DNA of 64,000 bases from Raillietiella orientalis (taxonomy: Eukaryota). The notes beneath the pieces are model-generated. The model had not been told where the DNA came from, did not search any database, and worked only from the letters and a program-made list of their open reading frames with translations. Made by a program: the position numbers and the translations under genes. Shown here one piece after another: positions 24,701-37,400 of the stretch; within the stretch, counting starts at the first letter, position 1; each line of letters starts with the position of its first letter. The DNA lies in contig JAYWIR010000034.1 in NCBI GenBank assembly GCA_036172245.1, positions 372,001 to 436,000 on the forward strand. The letters are read 5' to 3'.

Positions 24701-27700
24701 GTAATATAAAATAAGTAGTAGAATTTCAGTCATGCCAACTACTATTCTTTTTGCGATGATGACGCAACATAAGTGTTACTGAGTCACCCCTTCCCTTTTA
24801 AAATCTCCAATATAAGCTCCATTGACATCAGCTTCTGAGGAAGAGTATTCATGTTTCGGTAATGATTACAAAGCAGGCACCTAGGAAATGTAGTACAGTA
24901 ACAGAAGGGTGTAGTAAAATAACTTACTAATCTTGATCAGATCCTTCAGGCTTCAAATAAGATAGTGACAATTAAAACTAATTTACTACTACAGATGCCT
25001 TCTTATTTTTTCCTATCCTTATTTTGTACTTACAAAGATGTTATATGATGATCGATGCAAATTTTGAACGCAAAGGGCGCTGAGGAATTCACTTTGGCAT
25101 GGTTGTTGTTGCTTTTGCTTTCATTTTAAGTCGCTTTTTCCTTTCACCATCACAAAAAAGGACATCTTCTTCATGAATGTGATGAGGTGCCTATATTTAA
25201 TATTTATATTTCGATCGAAGAAATACCACCTGAAAGCACAGAGTTAGTGATGCTCACGCGATTACAAGTTTTGACGTCCTTTCTTTTGAAGGAGAAGACA
25301 CTGGAATAATGCAGTTTCCATGCCAATGATGCTCGGAATCTTGACAGAGCATCCATTTGTAATTCAGAACACTTCCCAATAGCACATGCTACCAAGCACG
25401 ACTGCACTCATTATCTGCGTTATAAGCAAACTGACACTGTATCCATCATGAACATGGATCACGGCCCCATTTCCAAAATGATGAATATAAATAATGAAGA
25501 ACTGTGGATTCAGTTTTCCGTCCTTCATTCATACGTGAAAGCAAAAGTGTCTCTCATTACAGTAATCGCAAAATCTGCAGTGTATGAGTGTTCAGTGGTG
25601 TACCAATAGGTCAGCTTCCCAAGAACGGTGTATTCCCTTGCTTGAAACAGAAGAATAAATGACGCACTCATTCACCAGCAGGCAGAATCATGAGGGACTT
25701 TTCGAATGACATCGTTCTATGGAAGAGATCGGGTTGCGACCTTCTTATCATTATAATGGCATTCCTGAGTAAAGCAAGCACACTTCGTTGCAGAATGTCC
25801 TCACTAATACAAAAAAAAAAAGATACGCATATCCTTCTGTATGTTTTTTCACTAGTCGGGATACAATAAAAGATGTACGTTCTAGGAGAGAGGGAAGTTT
25901 GAGTTACAAAGCCAAAGAAACGACTTACATTAAGAGTTGCAAGATATTAAAGAGTGTAAAATGACAATGTGGGATGCTAAGATTACTCGAGCTGTATGTA
26001 AGGCAGCCAGAAGCTGAAGAGGCGCATCGCAGAAATGAATCACAAATCCTCTCCCCCCCCCAAAAAAAAAAAAAAGTTGCAGTGATTGAATACACAGAAA
26101 ACTCATATAATGCTAAAGGAGGACCGATCTGAAGTTTCACTTGCAAGCCGACACTGAAAACACAGGACACACTGGGTACACAGGATGTTTCGCAATTGAC
26201 CAAAGTGCAGAGAGATATGAAACAGAAAACTGCATCCAATGCAATCCAAAAGTTGGCAGATAGAAAGACCGCGTAATCATCGACTGCGTAATTAAGACCG
26301 AAGGAAGGAGCAAAGCAACTGGAAAGGGACAGACCGACGATGAAAAGTGTGCGGTCATTCAAAAGATAATTCCAGATTAACACACTTCTCAAGTGCACTT
26401 TGATTCAACTCGAAGATAACCAAGAAACGAGAAGGCAAATGAATAAAATAAGCGAGTTTTTTCCGATTCGATTTCAACAAGATAGGAAAAAACTGATCAA
26501 TGATGTCCGTCATTCAAAGTGCATCAAGACGAAATTCGAAGATTAGAAAAGGAAAAATCTTCCTATGGACATGAAAGTAGCTGCAAACGCAAGAGACATG
26601 AGTTTGAAAATGGTTCCCCCGAGCATCTTTGGAGAATAATGCTCAACCGATTTCGTCGTGAAGTAGGTGCTGAGAACGGTGAGAAAACCATCCCATATAT
26701 GGAATACCAGGGATTATACCGTGGATCCTCCATGATGCCTCGTTGGAGTAATGAGAATGGATAGGATTCCCATTATAAGAGGAAATCCTTTTACGTTTGT
26801 AACTGATACACGAGAGATACTGATGTCCCATCTCAGCTTCACGCACAGTGTAAGAGATGTCAGCTCTACCCACAGTCTGAGTTTACTGAGTGCCAAAAAT
26901 TTCTTCCAGCTTTTAAGAATTCCCAGAAGGGGCTCGCAAATCCTTCCACAAGCAACGTTACGATAGATTCGCGTCAGTGCATGGGTGAAAAGATCTAATC
27001 CCGAATTGCGTAGTGTTTGCTCCCCAAACCGCCTTGCTTCATGGGAGTGAAGTGGAACTAGTGACAGTGAGAAAGAGTAAGCTTTTGTATCCTTGCTACA
27101 GACGAGGAGGATCTGTTCAACAGGTGACTATGGAAAACTCTTCAGACCGCTCAAGCTGCCGAGAGGGCATCGATAGAAAGTAGACTTGCTTTCATGGAGA
27201 ACAGCAGCTATCAACTTCTAATGATCTTTCTTCCTCATCCTTCAAGAGATCGTGATGCATCCAAATAGGGAGGGGGAAATTCAGACGCACACAACAGTCA
27301 GTAATGTGTCATTCCTACTCTGTGAGGACGTAGTCCACTTGTTCATAGGTATATCAAAGCATCTCGGATTGCAATTCAAGATGAGTGACATTCTACGAAA
27401 AATGGGAGTATTTTCTCCTTTCAGTTCCATGGTTTCCTTGTTATTCCGGAAGCTAGAAAGCTCAATCCTTCTTCATACTTTGGTTTGCTGTAGATGGTAA
27501 CTTCTTTTGATTCAAAATTCGATCAGTTTTCAGAATCAGGGACTGAACTTTACAGGACTTAATGAGGTAGCTCGAGAACAAGAGTTAATAGGGAGAATTT
27601 CCCTCAAAGTTCGTTTCCTTACACATTGAAAGTGAGGAGATCCTTCAGAAATCCTTCTGAAAATAATCGCTTGTGATAATCGTCGTTAACATCTTTCGTG

Positions 27701-30700
27701 CTGTGATAACGAAACTCGTAAACGGAGTCCGCATGCATTTTTTCAAGATGATAAGGGCCACGTGGAAAAATGGTGGTTTTGGCTGAGGGGCCTCATACCT
27801 CCTGAAGCCACATACAATAAGATGATGCAATTCGTCTCAAGTCAGCTTCCTGCCCTGAATGGAAGTTTTTCCACCAGATCGTCTTCCAGGATACGTTCGA
27901 TGTATTCCGAAGAGTGCAAGAGAAGCAATTGCTGATGAAACTTAAAAAAGGTCTGTGGAGCCCAGTTTTTCAATGGCAGGACCCACTTTCTAAAGGTTTT
28001 TCATCGGCCTTTGGAAGTTTTAACATAATTTGAATCCATAGGAAGCAGACAGTATGTAGAAACTCAAGTTAGGAATCCAGGGAGCAAACAATTCAAAAAA
28101 GCACTTCTAGCTGATCTTTATTTCCATGATATAGAAGGAATTAAGAAACTAGACTCGTGAGAGACGGCAGCAAAGCATGCATTGCGATCATTCCATTCTG
28201 TATTGAACTTCTTAGTTCTTGCGTGGATATCCGGTAGTAAAAGTATCAACGTGAGGGTTAAGTCTGAAGGGAAAAAAAGGCAAAAGAAAAAAAGAATGGC
28301 CAAAAGGAAACTGAATTACCTTTGAAATTTTCCCATTGCTCGAATTCCAGTATGCCACGATATGGCTATTTTATTTATAATAAGAAAGAAAAACTGATGT
28401 GATTGCTATATTGATCGACGACTTCGGAATGCCATTCTCCAGAAAATTGAACTTCCCTGAAAATTGAAAAAAAAGGCACCTACGTTGGAGAACATTATTT
28501 AGTGAGGATGCCTTACCGATAAAAACAGGTCTTGTACTGTACAGGAAACCAAACTTAGTAGAATCGAGTAGTAATCATAAATCAGTTCACATTTATGATT
28601 ATGAAACCAACAATTGTCTCATGGATTTGATAAACTTAGTCATAAAGCTCGTCACTAAGTTTGCATGATTTAGAATGAGGAAATAGTACTTTGAAGAATG
28701 TGTTCTTAGAAAGCGAGCCCCTCCGAAGGAACTCATCCTGATCTGGAATTCTTCGGATAATCCACGGTAAAGCTTCAGCAGCACATCAAGGCAAACCACA
28801 TCCATTTTCACTGGAGAAGGCGCTGCTTCAGGAAACCATTCTTTCGGATGCAACGTTCAAATTACCTTCAAACACACTGCAAATTTTGAAAGGTACTGAA
28901 CACCAAATACAGCGCTATTTTCTGAATTTCCAAGGGACATTTTGCAAGATTATTACGAGAAGCTAATGGGTTGGTGAAAAACAACTGATTGCCAGTCGGT
29001 GAAAGCATGGTATTTGCTGTTAATGAATTATGGTTAATCAATCGCTTGTTAGGGCACACTTGGCGTCCTGAACTTCTCGGTGATTAACAGATGGCACCAA
29101 CTATGGCATCCTAAACTCGAGATAAAATAACTTATTAAACACTAAGCGTGTCTTATGGCCAGATGTGGTATAGAAATTAACCTCTATACTATAATTACCA
29201 TGGTTAGAGTTCTCTCTGTTTTTTCGTATCACATTCGATAAATAATTCCATGATGATGCAGTGGATGCATCATCGTGGAATGAGTGAGGGGAGTGTTCGA
29301 AAGTCAGCACTTCAGATCCGCTGCCGTGAACATCGCTTGAAGATCATTGTGGATTTCCATCGGAGATCGACAAACTTGGAATCAGCTAATGAGACTTCAC
29401 AATTCATCACAAGGAAGTAACTAGTTTCCAAATCGAGTGGCCAGCAGATATGAAAGGAACACAAAAAGGATATGTTTTGCATTTTTCATAACCTTATGGA
29501 TTCTTCGATAGATTAAAAAATTGTATTTCAAGAACTGTGGTAATGTACTCGATCTGGTTCAACCCATTAGCTGTTTAGTAAAGGGAAAAGTTGCAAATTT
29601 TGCGAGTATGTATGCGGATCGATTCATTACTAGTCCACAAAGTCGCCAAGTCCTGATCAATTTCAATTAGAAAATGCGATCGCATTCTCAGAAAAGATGA
29701 GACCCATTGAGAGATGCTGGAAGAACTCATTGATCACTCATCAGCACACGAGGGAAAGTTTTGAAACTGACAAACAATTTGCTTCTAAGGCATATCTCAT
29801 GAATAGGTAGACGAAACGGAAACGCAGCTGCTACAGTTCATCTGGGCAATGCAATCAGCAACACACTATCAGCTCCTTAACACAAGATCATGACTGTAGT
29901 GTCGAAGCTCCGTTCTGAATCATCAAGAAAGATTTGAAACCTATAGCTGTGAACTTCCTTGATATTCGTGGGCGTTCACATTCACGAAACGTAAATGGGG
30001 TCGTCAAAATAACTGGAAACAAACGGCGGAAAAATACATGAGATAAGGGAAACTGCAGATTCATGATCATGAACGATCTGTATATCAGCAGTAATCGACT
30101 CCAGCTAAACAGCACTCACTGGATCGATGCAAGATCCCCTATGAAAATTTAATCTCTCATTAACACAGACCTTATCGTAAGAAGCGAGTCAGGTATGATG
30201 CTCGAACACACTTGAGGCTGTCTTCAGTACCGAGAAGTGGGGGTTTCCTAGACAGACTCCCAAGGCATACCGACTTTTCAGAATCATTGCGTAGTGTTCG
30301 AAACATTACGGTTCTGCACTCCGAATTGGATTTGTCACTTGTCTGAACGAAGTCAGAAGCCGTCCCAAGCACGCAATCGGGCTCTCTTTGATATGATGAT
30401 CAGGGGTAGTAAGAACTGCAGCCCGCTGGAGCACAAAGATGGGATGACTTTTCTGAAATGAACTAGACAGAACAAAGAAGGCAAAAAGTTTTCCAAGTGG
30501 TTTCTTGAAAATGAGAACCGTAATACGAATCTTCATGATTCCATGCTAGATTATTTATGGTAAGTAAAGACTTCATGTCAGCAGCTTCTTCATCAAAAGT
30601 ACATCAGAACGATCCTTATTCGACTGGAAGTTTCAAAGCAAGCATCAGGAAACAGTGCTGCATTATCTGAAGACTTTCAAGAGATTCACCTCAGAAAATG

Positions 30701-31149
30701 TCGCTACGAATCCAAGGAAATGGAGGAGTAAATAACAGCGCACTGGAAGTGAGGATGAGTTAAATGAGGAAGTATTTGGAAGACGTGTTTTCGCGCTCGA
30801 AGTCTGGATAAGTTTTAAGAAATGACTCGAGCTATTCGGAATGGTGACTAAAAAAAGGGAAAGGAGGAATTTCAGTCGAAAAGCAATCCCTTAATTCGTG
30901 CAGCTCTGGTGTTCACGCAGAGATTTTTCTTCGTTTGACTTGCTTTCATTTCAGGGATTTCAATAACTTGACTTTTTTTATTTTCTCAAAATTTGAACGA
31001 TGGAGTCTCATCACTCAAACTATACGAAAAACAGTGCTGCCTTAACGTACTTTAGAAAATTCTATTCCATTCCATAGCGTGTGACGGCCATGATCACAAA
31101 AGACATGAGGCGATTACGAGATGAACGTACGTACAGCAGGGAGTAATAG

Positions 31150-32100
31150 AAATCAAAAGAAAGTGATGCTTGGTTCAAAGCTTGCCGAGCAATAAAAACC
31201 GGAAACCCATTTTCCTTTAATGAAGATTGGCTGTTTATTGTGAGGATGCCGAGAACCTTGTCTTACACCAGTTACTTGCTGACATTTCGTGGAAATAACT
31301 CTGTCTTTAGGTGGCCGCTACATCTCTGTGTGGCTGTCTGATCTACCTGGGAGCACTGATCCCAGGACGACACGAAAAATAGAGAGCGATTGACTTTAAT
31401 CAGCATAATGCTGTCACTTGAAGAAAGTTCCGATTTCTTAGTGAAATATTTCGCTTGTCATTCTACACTTCCTTTAGCTAGTGCAATGAAAACTGAAGTT
31501 TCCAGTGTTCCAGGAAGCTGTTCCGCCGTTTCATCCCGCGCAGAAGGATTTTTTTCCTCAGTTTCATCTGGAAAACAGGAATGAGATTGAATTCATGAAT
31601 GAAAGCTCCTTTTTCGAAAAAAGACAAAAATCCTTGAGGGATGCTCTGTCCGGACTTGAGTACTCGGAGCAATACGTGATGGAAGGCTCTCGACGGAGGC
31701 CGCATGCCTGGGAATCAATAAGAGTTGGTGTTTCGAGTCCAAAGTTGGACTCCCTCGACTTTACGCTCTCCTTTAAATGCACAGCTCCAACGTGATGTTT
31801 CCGAAGAAAAGGTTCCGAATCTGCGATAACACGTTTGCAAGAACAGGGTAGTAAGCAGCTCATCACGAGATGGGCGAGGTGTAAGAAAGCAACAGCCAAA
31901 TATAAACGACTGAGATCTGTTGAAAACTCCATCCCAATCTGTGCTTGCCTTTGAGGACTTTTGAAAAGAAAATCTCTGAAAAGACTGACTCTCGAGAACT
32001 CTGGGAAAGCCGCATAAGTTTCCAGCAGTCTCGAAAGATGCATTTCGGCAAACCCTTTTCAAGCACAAATTGCACACTCATCTTGAGCGTGAGTCCAGAA
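31150..32100 (+). mobile_element. degenerate L1/Tx1-like RT remnant
   Basis: VPPFHPAQKDFFPQFHLENRN (LxxLIHPxQxGFxPxRxIxDN), then LEYSEQYVMEGSRRRP..WESIR at the W..LxxxLxxxGF position. Confidence 0.5.
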
Positions 32101-32999
32101 GTGAGCTAGAAGGTGAATGCTTTTACCGACCAGCGTACCTAATAAATACTATGTGTTGTTGTCATCAATGTCTATTCGCATATCTCATGTCTTTTACATA
32201 ATTTCGACGCTTTTTGCATTGAAGACACGTGAAAGCATTCCTCTAAGATGGTCATTCTTCTGAAACTCTTCATAAGAAACAAATGAGAATTCTGCATAAG
32301 ACATGAAAAGCTCCAGGATCGAATCCCATTGATATCAGAACGTGTCTTATGGAAGATTAGACGATGGTCCTCTTAATGGAGTTATTTTCTCTTCCAGCAA
32401 TTCAGCATCCAGCAAACGAACTTCTTAATATCAACTGAATGAGGCTTCGAGTATTTGAAGAAATGGACCAAACTGTAGGCAAGTACTAACAGTGCAAACT
32501 AAAAAAAGGCTCAACAGAAAAAACCTTAAGATCGTCTGAAATGGCATTATCCTTCAAAGATCCCCTAGATATGAAGATTTGAAAAGGAGTTAGGTGGGAT
32601 CCAGAGTGAATGGACTAAGGCAATACTGCTCTGTATTCCTTGCGCAGCTTGAATCCCCGCTACTTACTCTGGTTCAAAGGAGGTCATCTGAAGGAATGAT
32701 TGACACAGCATATAAACATATGTGTTTTAATGGCAGATGACCTGCAACAGTGTCTTGTGTTTGTTTCGCGTAGCGGTTAAAATTGCACTTTAGATAAAAC
32801 TTCCAAGTGACTATTGAAGCGCGAAGTGGCAAGGAATGTGAAATGAGAATAGATGAGAAAGACATGAACAGTGACAAGACAGGAAAGTATTTGCTGCTGC
32901 AATGAATCGAAGGAATGCAATAGCACAAGATTTGCAGCCTGGCGAAGAAGACACAAATTTCACATGTTTAGAGAATTTGTTCTGGGGAGAATCCCTTCC

Positions 33000-33310
33000 T
33001 TATTCTTGCTATGAGTTCCACAGCTCTGTTGAAGAAAAGATGGAATTTGTGGCACATGGCAGAACATCCTTCTGAGAGAGAAACCCGTGACAACGAGACC
33101 TCTTGGACTTTATTTTTTCGAGTTTTCTTTGCTTACTATCAGGAGTTCTCAGGAGCTTTATCGATGACTATGGAGATTCTAAACACAGCTCCCGGTTACG
33201 TGAGTAAAGATGAGCATTGGATTGTCGAACCGCACGGTACTCCAAAGTTGTCGCCCTCGGATGACTGTAGTCCAGGTGATGGACCCGAACTTGTGAACAG
33301 GAAGAAATAG
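33000..33310 (+). mobile_element. degenerate L1/Tx1-like post-RT remnant
   Basis: LKKRWNLWHMAEHPSERET resembles IxxxLxxWxxxxLSxxGR; downstream spacing fits the FxW...PxxxGG block. Confidence 0.33.
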
Positions 33311-36300
33311 CTCATTTTGATTCTGTACAGTGAGTTTAGCTTAAGGAAAGACGTTCAGAAAATATCCTGCCAATCACCTTACAGGCTTGACTGAATGACT
33401 TATAGTGCAAAATTCAATTACTTTCCATGTAATGAATTTTTGTTTTTGCTTTCATTTCTGTGGGTCAGACTTTTCATGTATTTTTTGCTGCTTTATTCTA
33501 AGGGAAAAGGACAAATAACTGGCCACATCACGTTAAAATCCTTAGAGTCGGAGGATGCCCACTCCAGCGAGACGATTGTCATAATTTTCGTTTTTGTTTA
33601 AATTATTAAAAGTCCTTTTGCCAAGCAATGATGCCGAAACTTTTATTGTGGATGAAACTAAAGATTATAGTGATTACTGTCATCTTTGTAAACATTGAAA
33701 GCAATGTTCAAGTGCACAGCTCGCTAGTAACTTTGTGTGTGCCTAGCAAACACGTATTCTCCTTACTGAAGAGTATTATGAATACATAGAGTATGTGTCT
33801 GTGGATACAAATCTTTCAAGGACGTGTCTAACAAATAGTTTGCAGTCCAACATATTCAGCACCTTGTGTTCTGTGTTCACGTGCACTACATGGATTTTTC
33901 CAACGTTCTATAGCATCCAACACAATCCGAGAGAAACGCTTCTGACATTAAAGGTTATAGAGGTTTTAGAAAGAAACATTCTGTTCCACTCAGTGGGAAA
34001 CATCCTTTATGTATTCACAAACCACAGTTGCAGTGCACATTTTTTCCTCCGTTCCATAAATTTCCATCAAATGCCCTTTGTCATGTAATACCGGAAGAGA
34101 CATCTAGTGACAGAGCGTGAAACTTCATTTCGAAGTTTCCTACAGCCTCTCTCTACCTTGTAAGAGCGATCTCTGCTGGCACAAAAATTCGATGACCCTA
34201 AAAATACTCCAATATGAACCACACTAAGACATTTTTTCCATGTTCGTTTCGAAAAAGATGTCCTACTTCACACGTCCTTCACTTAGACATAGTTTATAGA
34301 AAATTCAAGCCAAGGCAAATGAAGGTTTCTCTTGTCAAAATTTGCAAACACTTGCATTAGCAAGGTGCACACTAAATTTTCAGGAACCCCCTTCAAAAGC
34401 GAGTTTGAATAATAGGGAAAATTGTTCTTTCTCGAAAAGAACAAGAGGCAAATCGGTTTGCTTAGCACGAGAAGAATCATACGCTCAACCGAGACCTTTG
34501 TACCATCTCTGTCTCGCTAAGCTGTTGATGCCCAGAATCATGCTAAGCACTTTTAAAGAACCTGTTCTTTGATAAGTTCTTTGAGTGCATCCATAGGTCA
34601 TCCTTTTTTTCTTTTTTTGATATCAAGAAAGGTTCTCCGTCCCTTAAGAAAAGAATTTAGTTTTCAAAACAAATGGGATAAATTGTCTCATCGTATAATA
34701 ATAGCTGAGAATAGCTGAGAATATAATAATATAATAATAGCTGAGAATCTCCTTCATGAGAAAAGCAATTATCAAGAAATGCTCAATAACCACATGAGCG
34801 CAGATTTTTCCAATTTACAGTAGGACAGTTCATCTGCGAGAAGCAACTTTGGCGAACATTGGCATCTGACGACTCCTGATTTCGCCCAACAATTTTTCAT
34901 AAAATCGTGCATGAGAAACAACCGAGACATGAGAAATCCCTACTTCATGGCATGAAAGCGTCTTTTCAAGAAAGACCATTCAGAATTTAGTTCGAATAAA
35001 AAGAACATTATTTCATAGTGAACCATTATTCAACAAGAAGTGATTTTAAAAACGGCACAATAATAAGCTGCAACTGCATCTTCATACTTCTTACTGCAAA
35101 GGAAATCTCATTGGAAAGTACACTTCAAAGAAGATAGAAGAGTGTCGCTACCATGACTCCTTTTAATCACTATTCCCCTCAAATTCATCATAAGCGTTGC
35201 CACTTGTTTCATTCCAAGCATATATTCTAAGCATATAGTCTATCCGCAGATCTAACAGATCTAACAGATTTTTTTCGGTTTGAGTGGAAAGAAAGGTTAA
35301 GCACTGAATCGACAATGAAAGAAAGATTAAGTGATTAAATCTTCAGACTGCCAAAACCTAATTTTGCATTGTTTATGATGAAGAAATTAGATAGAAGGAA
35401 GCTGATTGCATCGAGAGGATATTATTTTCTGAGTTTTTTAAAAAACATTGCAAAATGTTTTGAGTGTTTCTAACAAAACCATTGGAAGAAAACGTCAAAG
35501 CACTATGCATTTGGCACTCATCTGTTGATCTCAGGAATGATGAGAACATCGTTGATCCATTCAGATGTTCATATCTATGATCTGATGTTCGCTGAATATG
35601 AGGCATGGCTTTATAGCTTCCAATACTTAAAGAACTTTATACTTTGAATTAGCATTAAGTGAGGAAAAACAAGTACGAAGCATATAAAGGGGTTGAAGGT
35701 ATGGATTATTGGGTATCACTGGCATCAGTCACAGTGACTAGAAAACAAAATTGTGATACACGAGATTCTGCATGTTTCCTCAATATGTGTTTATTTAAAT
35801 TAACGAGTGTATATCAAGCTTTTTCGAAACTTATTGCTTTCAGCTTCCGAAATCAGTTCTCTAAATAATGAGACGAATATTATTATGTAAAACTATTCCT
35901 CCATTGGTACTCTATGATATAATAATTCCACAGCCGATAATGAAGTTTACTTTCTACGACAGTCATATTCATCCGATTCAGTGTCCCGGATTTCTGGTTA
36001 AGCAGCTTTATAATCAGTGTTTAAATCTTCAGATTGCCAAAAAAGATTACCTAGAAATTGAAGTGGTAACAAACGCGAAACCCAAACAGGTAATTATAAC
36101 TTGCGAGGTGTTCATCAACAGATTGAATCAAGATGAGATTTCTTGCCTAACTTTGCACGCTTAAACATCGAAAATCAGTAATTTCCTAAATGAATGGGCA
36201 TGCATTTAAGATACACTCAATGCCAGAGCTCTCTGATATTCGAAATTCCCTTCCAACAATTCTGCAGTCAGCAAGGATAATTGGATCCAGAAGCGATACA

Positions 36301-36959
36301 AATGCACTTTGAAAGCTCGAGATGATGGACCGGAGAAGCCATTTTGGCAATCCTGAAGCAACCCTTTGAAATGCGAGTGGAAACGAATGCGTCACTCTTA
36401 AGGGCACCCTCTAAGAACGCTTCGGGTAAAGTTCTGTGAACGGATACTATCCAAATCCTCACATATCAATATGGTACACATAGCAAATACAGTTGTTGCA
36501 AGTACTTCATGAAAGAAATCGGAATTCTCTGATAATGTAAGCTAATATGCTGTTTATCAATAAGTGTCGTGTGTAGTAACATCAAGCTAAAACCTCTTAA
36601 CATCAACTGAAAACAAATTGGCAAAGTTCTAAAGCATATTTGCGAAACTTTTGTGAAATTACTACCCTGTAATTTGTGCAGGTTTGTCGTTACAATTCAA
36701 TCTGAAATGATTTCGAATTCTTACCAGAAATAGAAGTTGGCTTAAGTACTAGTGGGGTTAAGTTAATTTTTGGAATACATGAATTTTTTGGAAACTTGAG
36801 CATATGGATTATTTGAAAGGACTGAATAGGATAAAAGGTAGAAGTATGTCTTAAAAGAGGGAACACATGGAAGTTAACTGTTGAGAGGCTCAACAGTTCA
36901 TTTTCATCAAACAAACCACCCACCACTAAATACACCTTTTAGTATGTTGACTTTGGCTG

Positions 36960-37400
36960 TTATCGATTACATGCAAACCATCCAATATAATATCAGTTAC
37001 TCAAAGTTGATCAATTATCACGATCTGATTATGAATAGATAAACAACTGCATGGTACCTGGCACAGAAATTCAGATATTAGATCTTGTTCCATTAGCTGA
37101 TATTTTAATGTATGCTTGCAGCCAGGAAAACCATATAATTAGAGTTGGCTGATTGGTCTATTGGTTTGTTACAACTAAAAGGTGTTATGTTATATTCATG
37201 TAATTCATAGTTTTTTCATGATCACTTCATCAATGCTTAATATCTTTAATTAATTAATGGTTTTAAGGCATTCTGCTTTGATACCTTAATGGTAATTATT
37301 CAGAAAAGTTCTATCGAATCAAGTCATGTAATTGTAATCCAGTTTATCCTATCAATACAATTCAGTGTTCCAATTATTTTATTGTGTAAACAACCTTACA
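36960..37400 (+). mobile_element. AT-shifted L1/Tx1-like RT remnant
   Basis: NCMVPGTEIQILDLVPLADI resembles QxCxVPGRxIxDNLxLxRDII. Confidence 0.3.

Noticed and set aside
33141..33200. Plus-strand exon candidate (ctatcag|...TAC|gtgagt)
   Set aside because: Lies within a LINE-like remnant and has no neighbouring exons.
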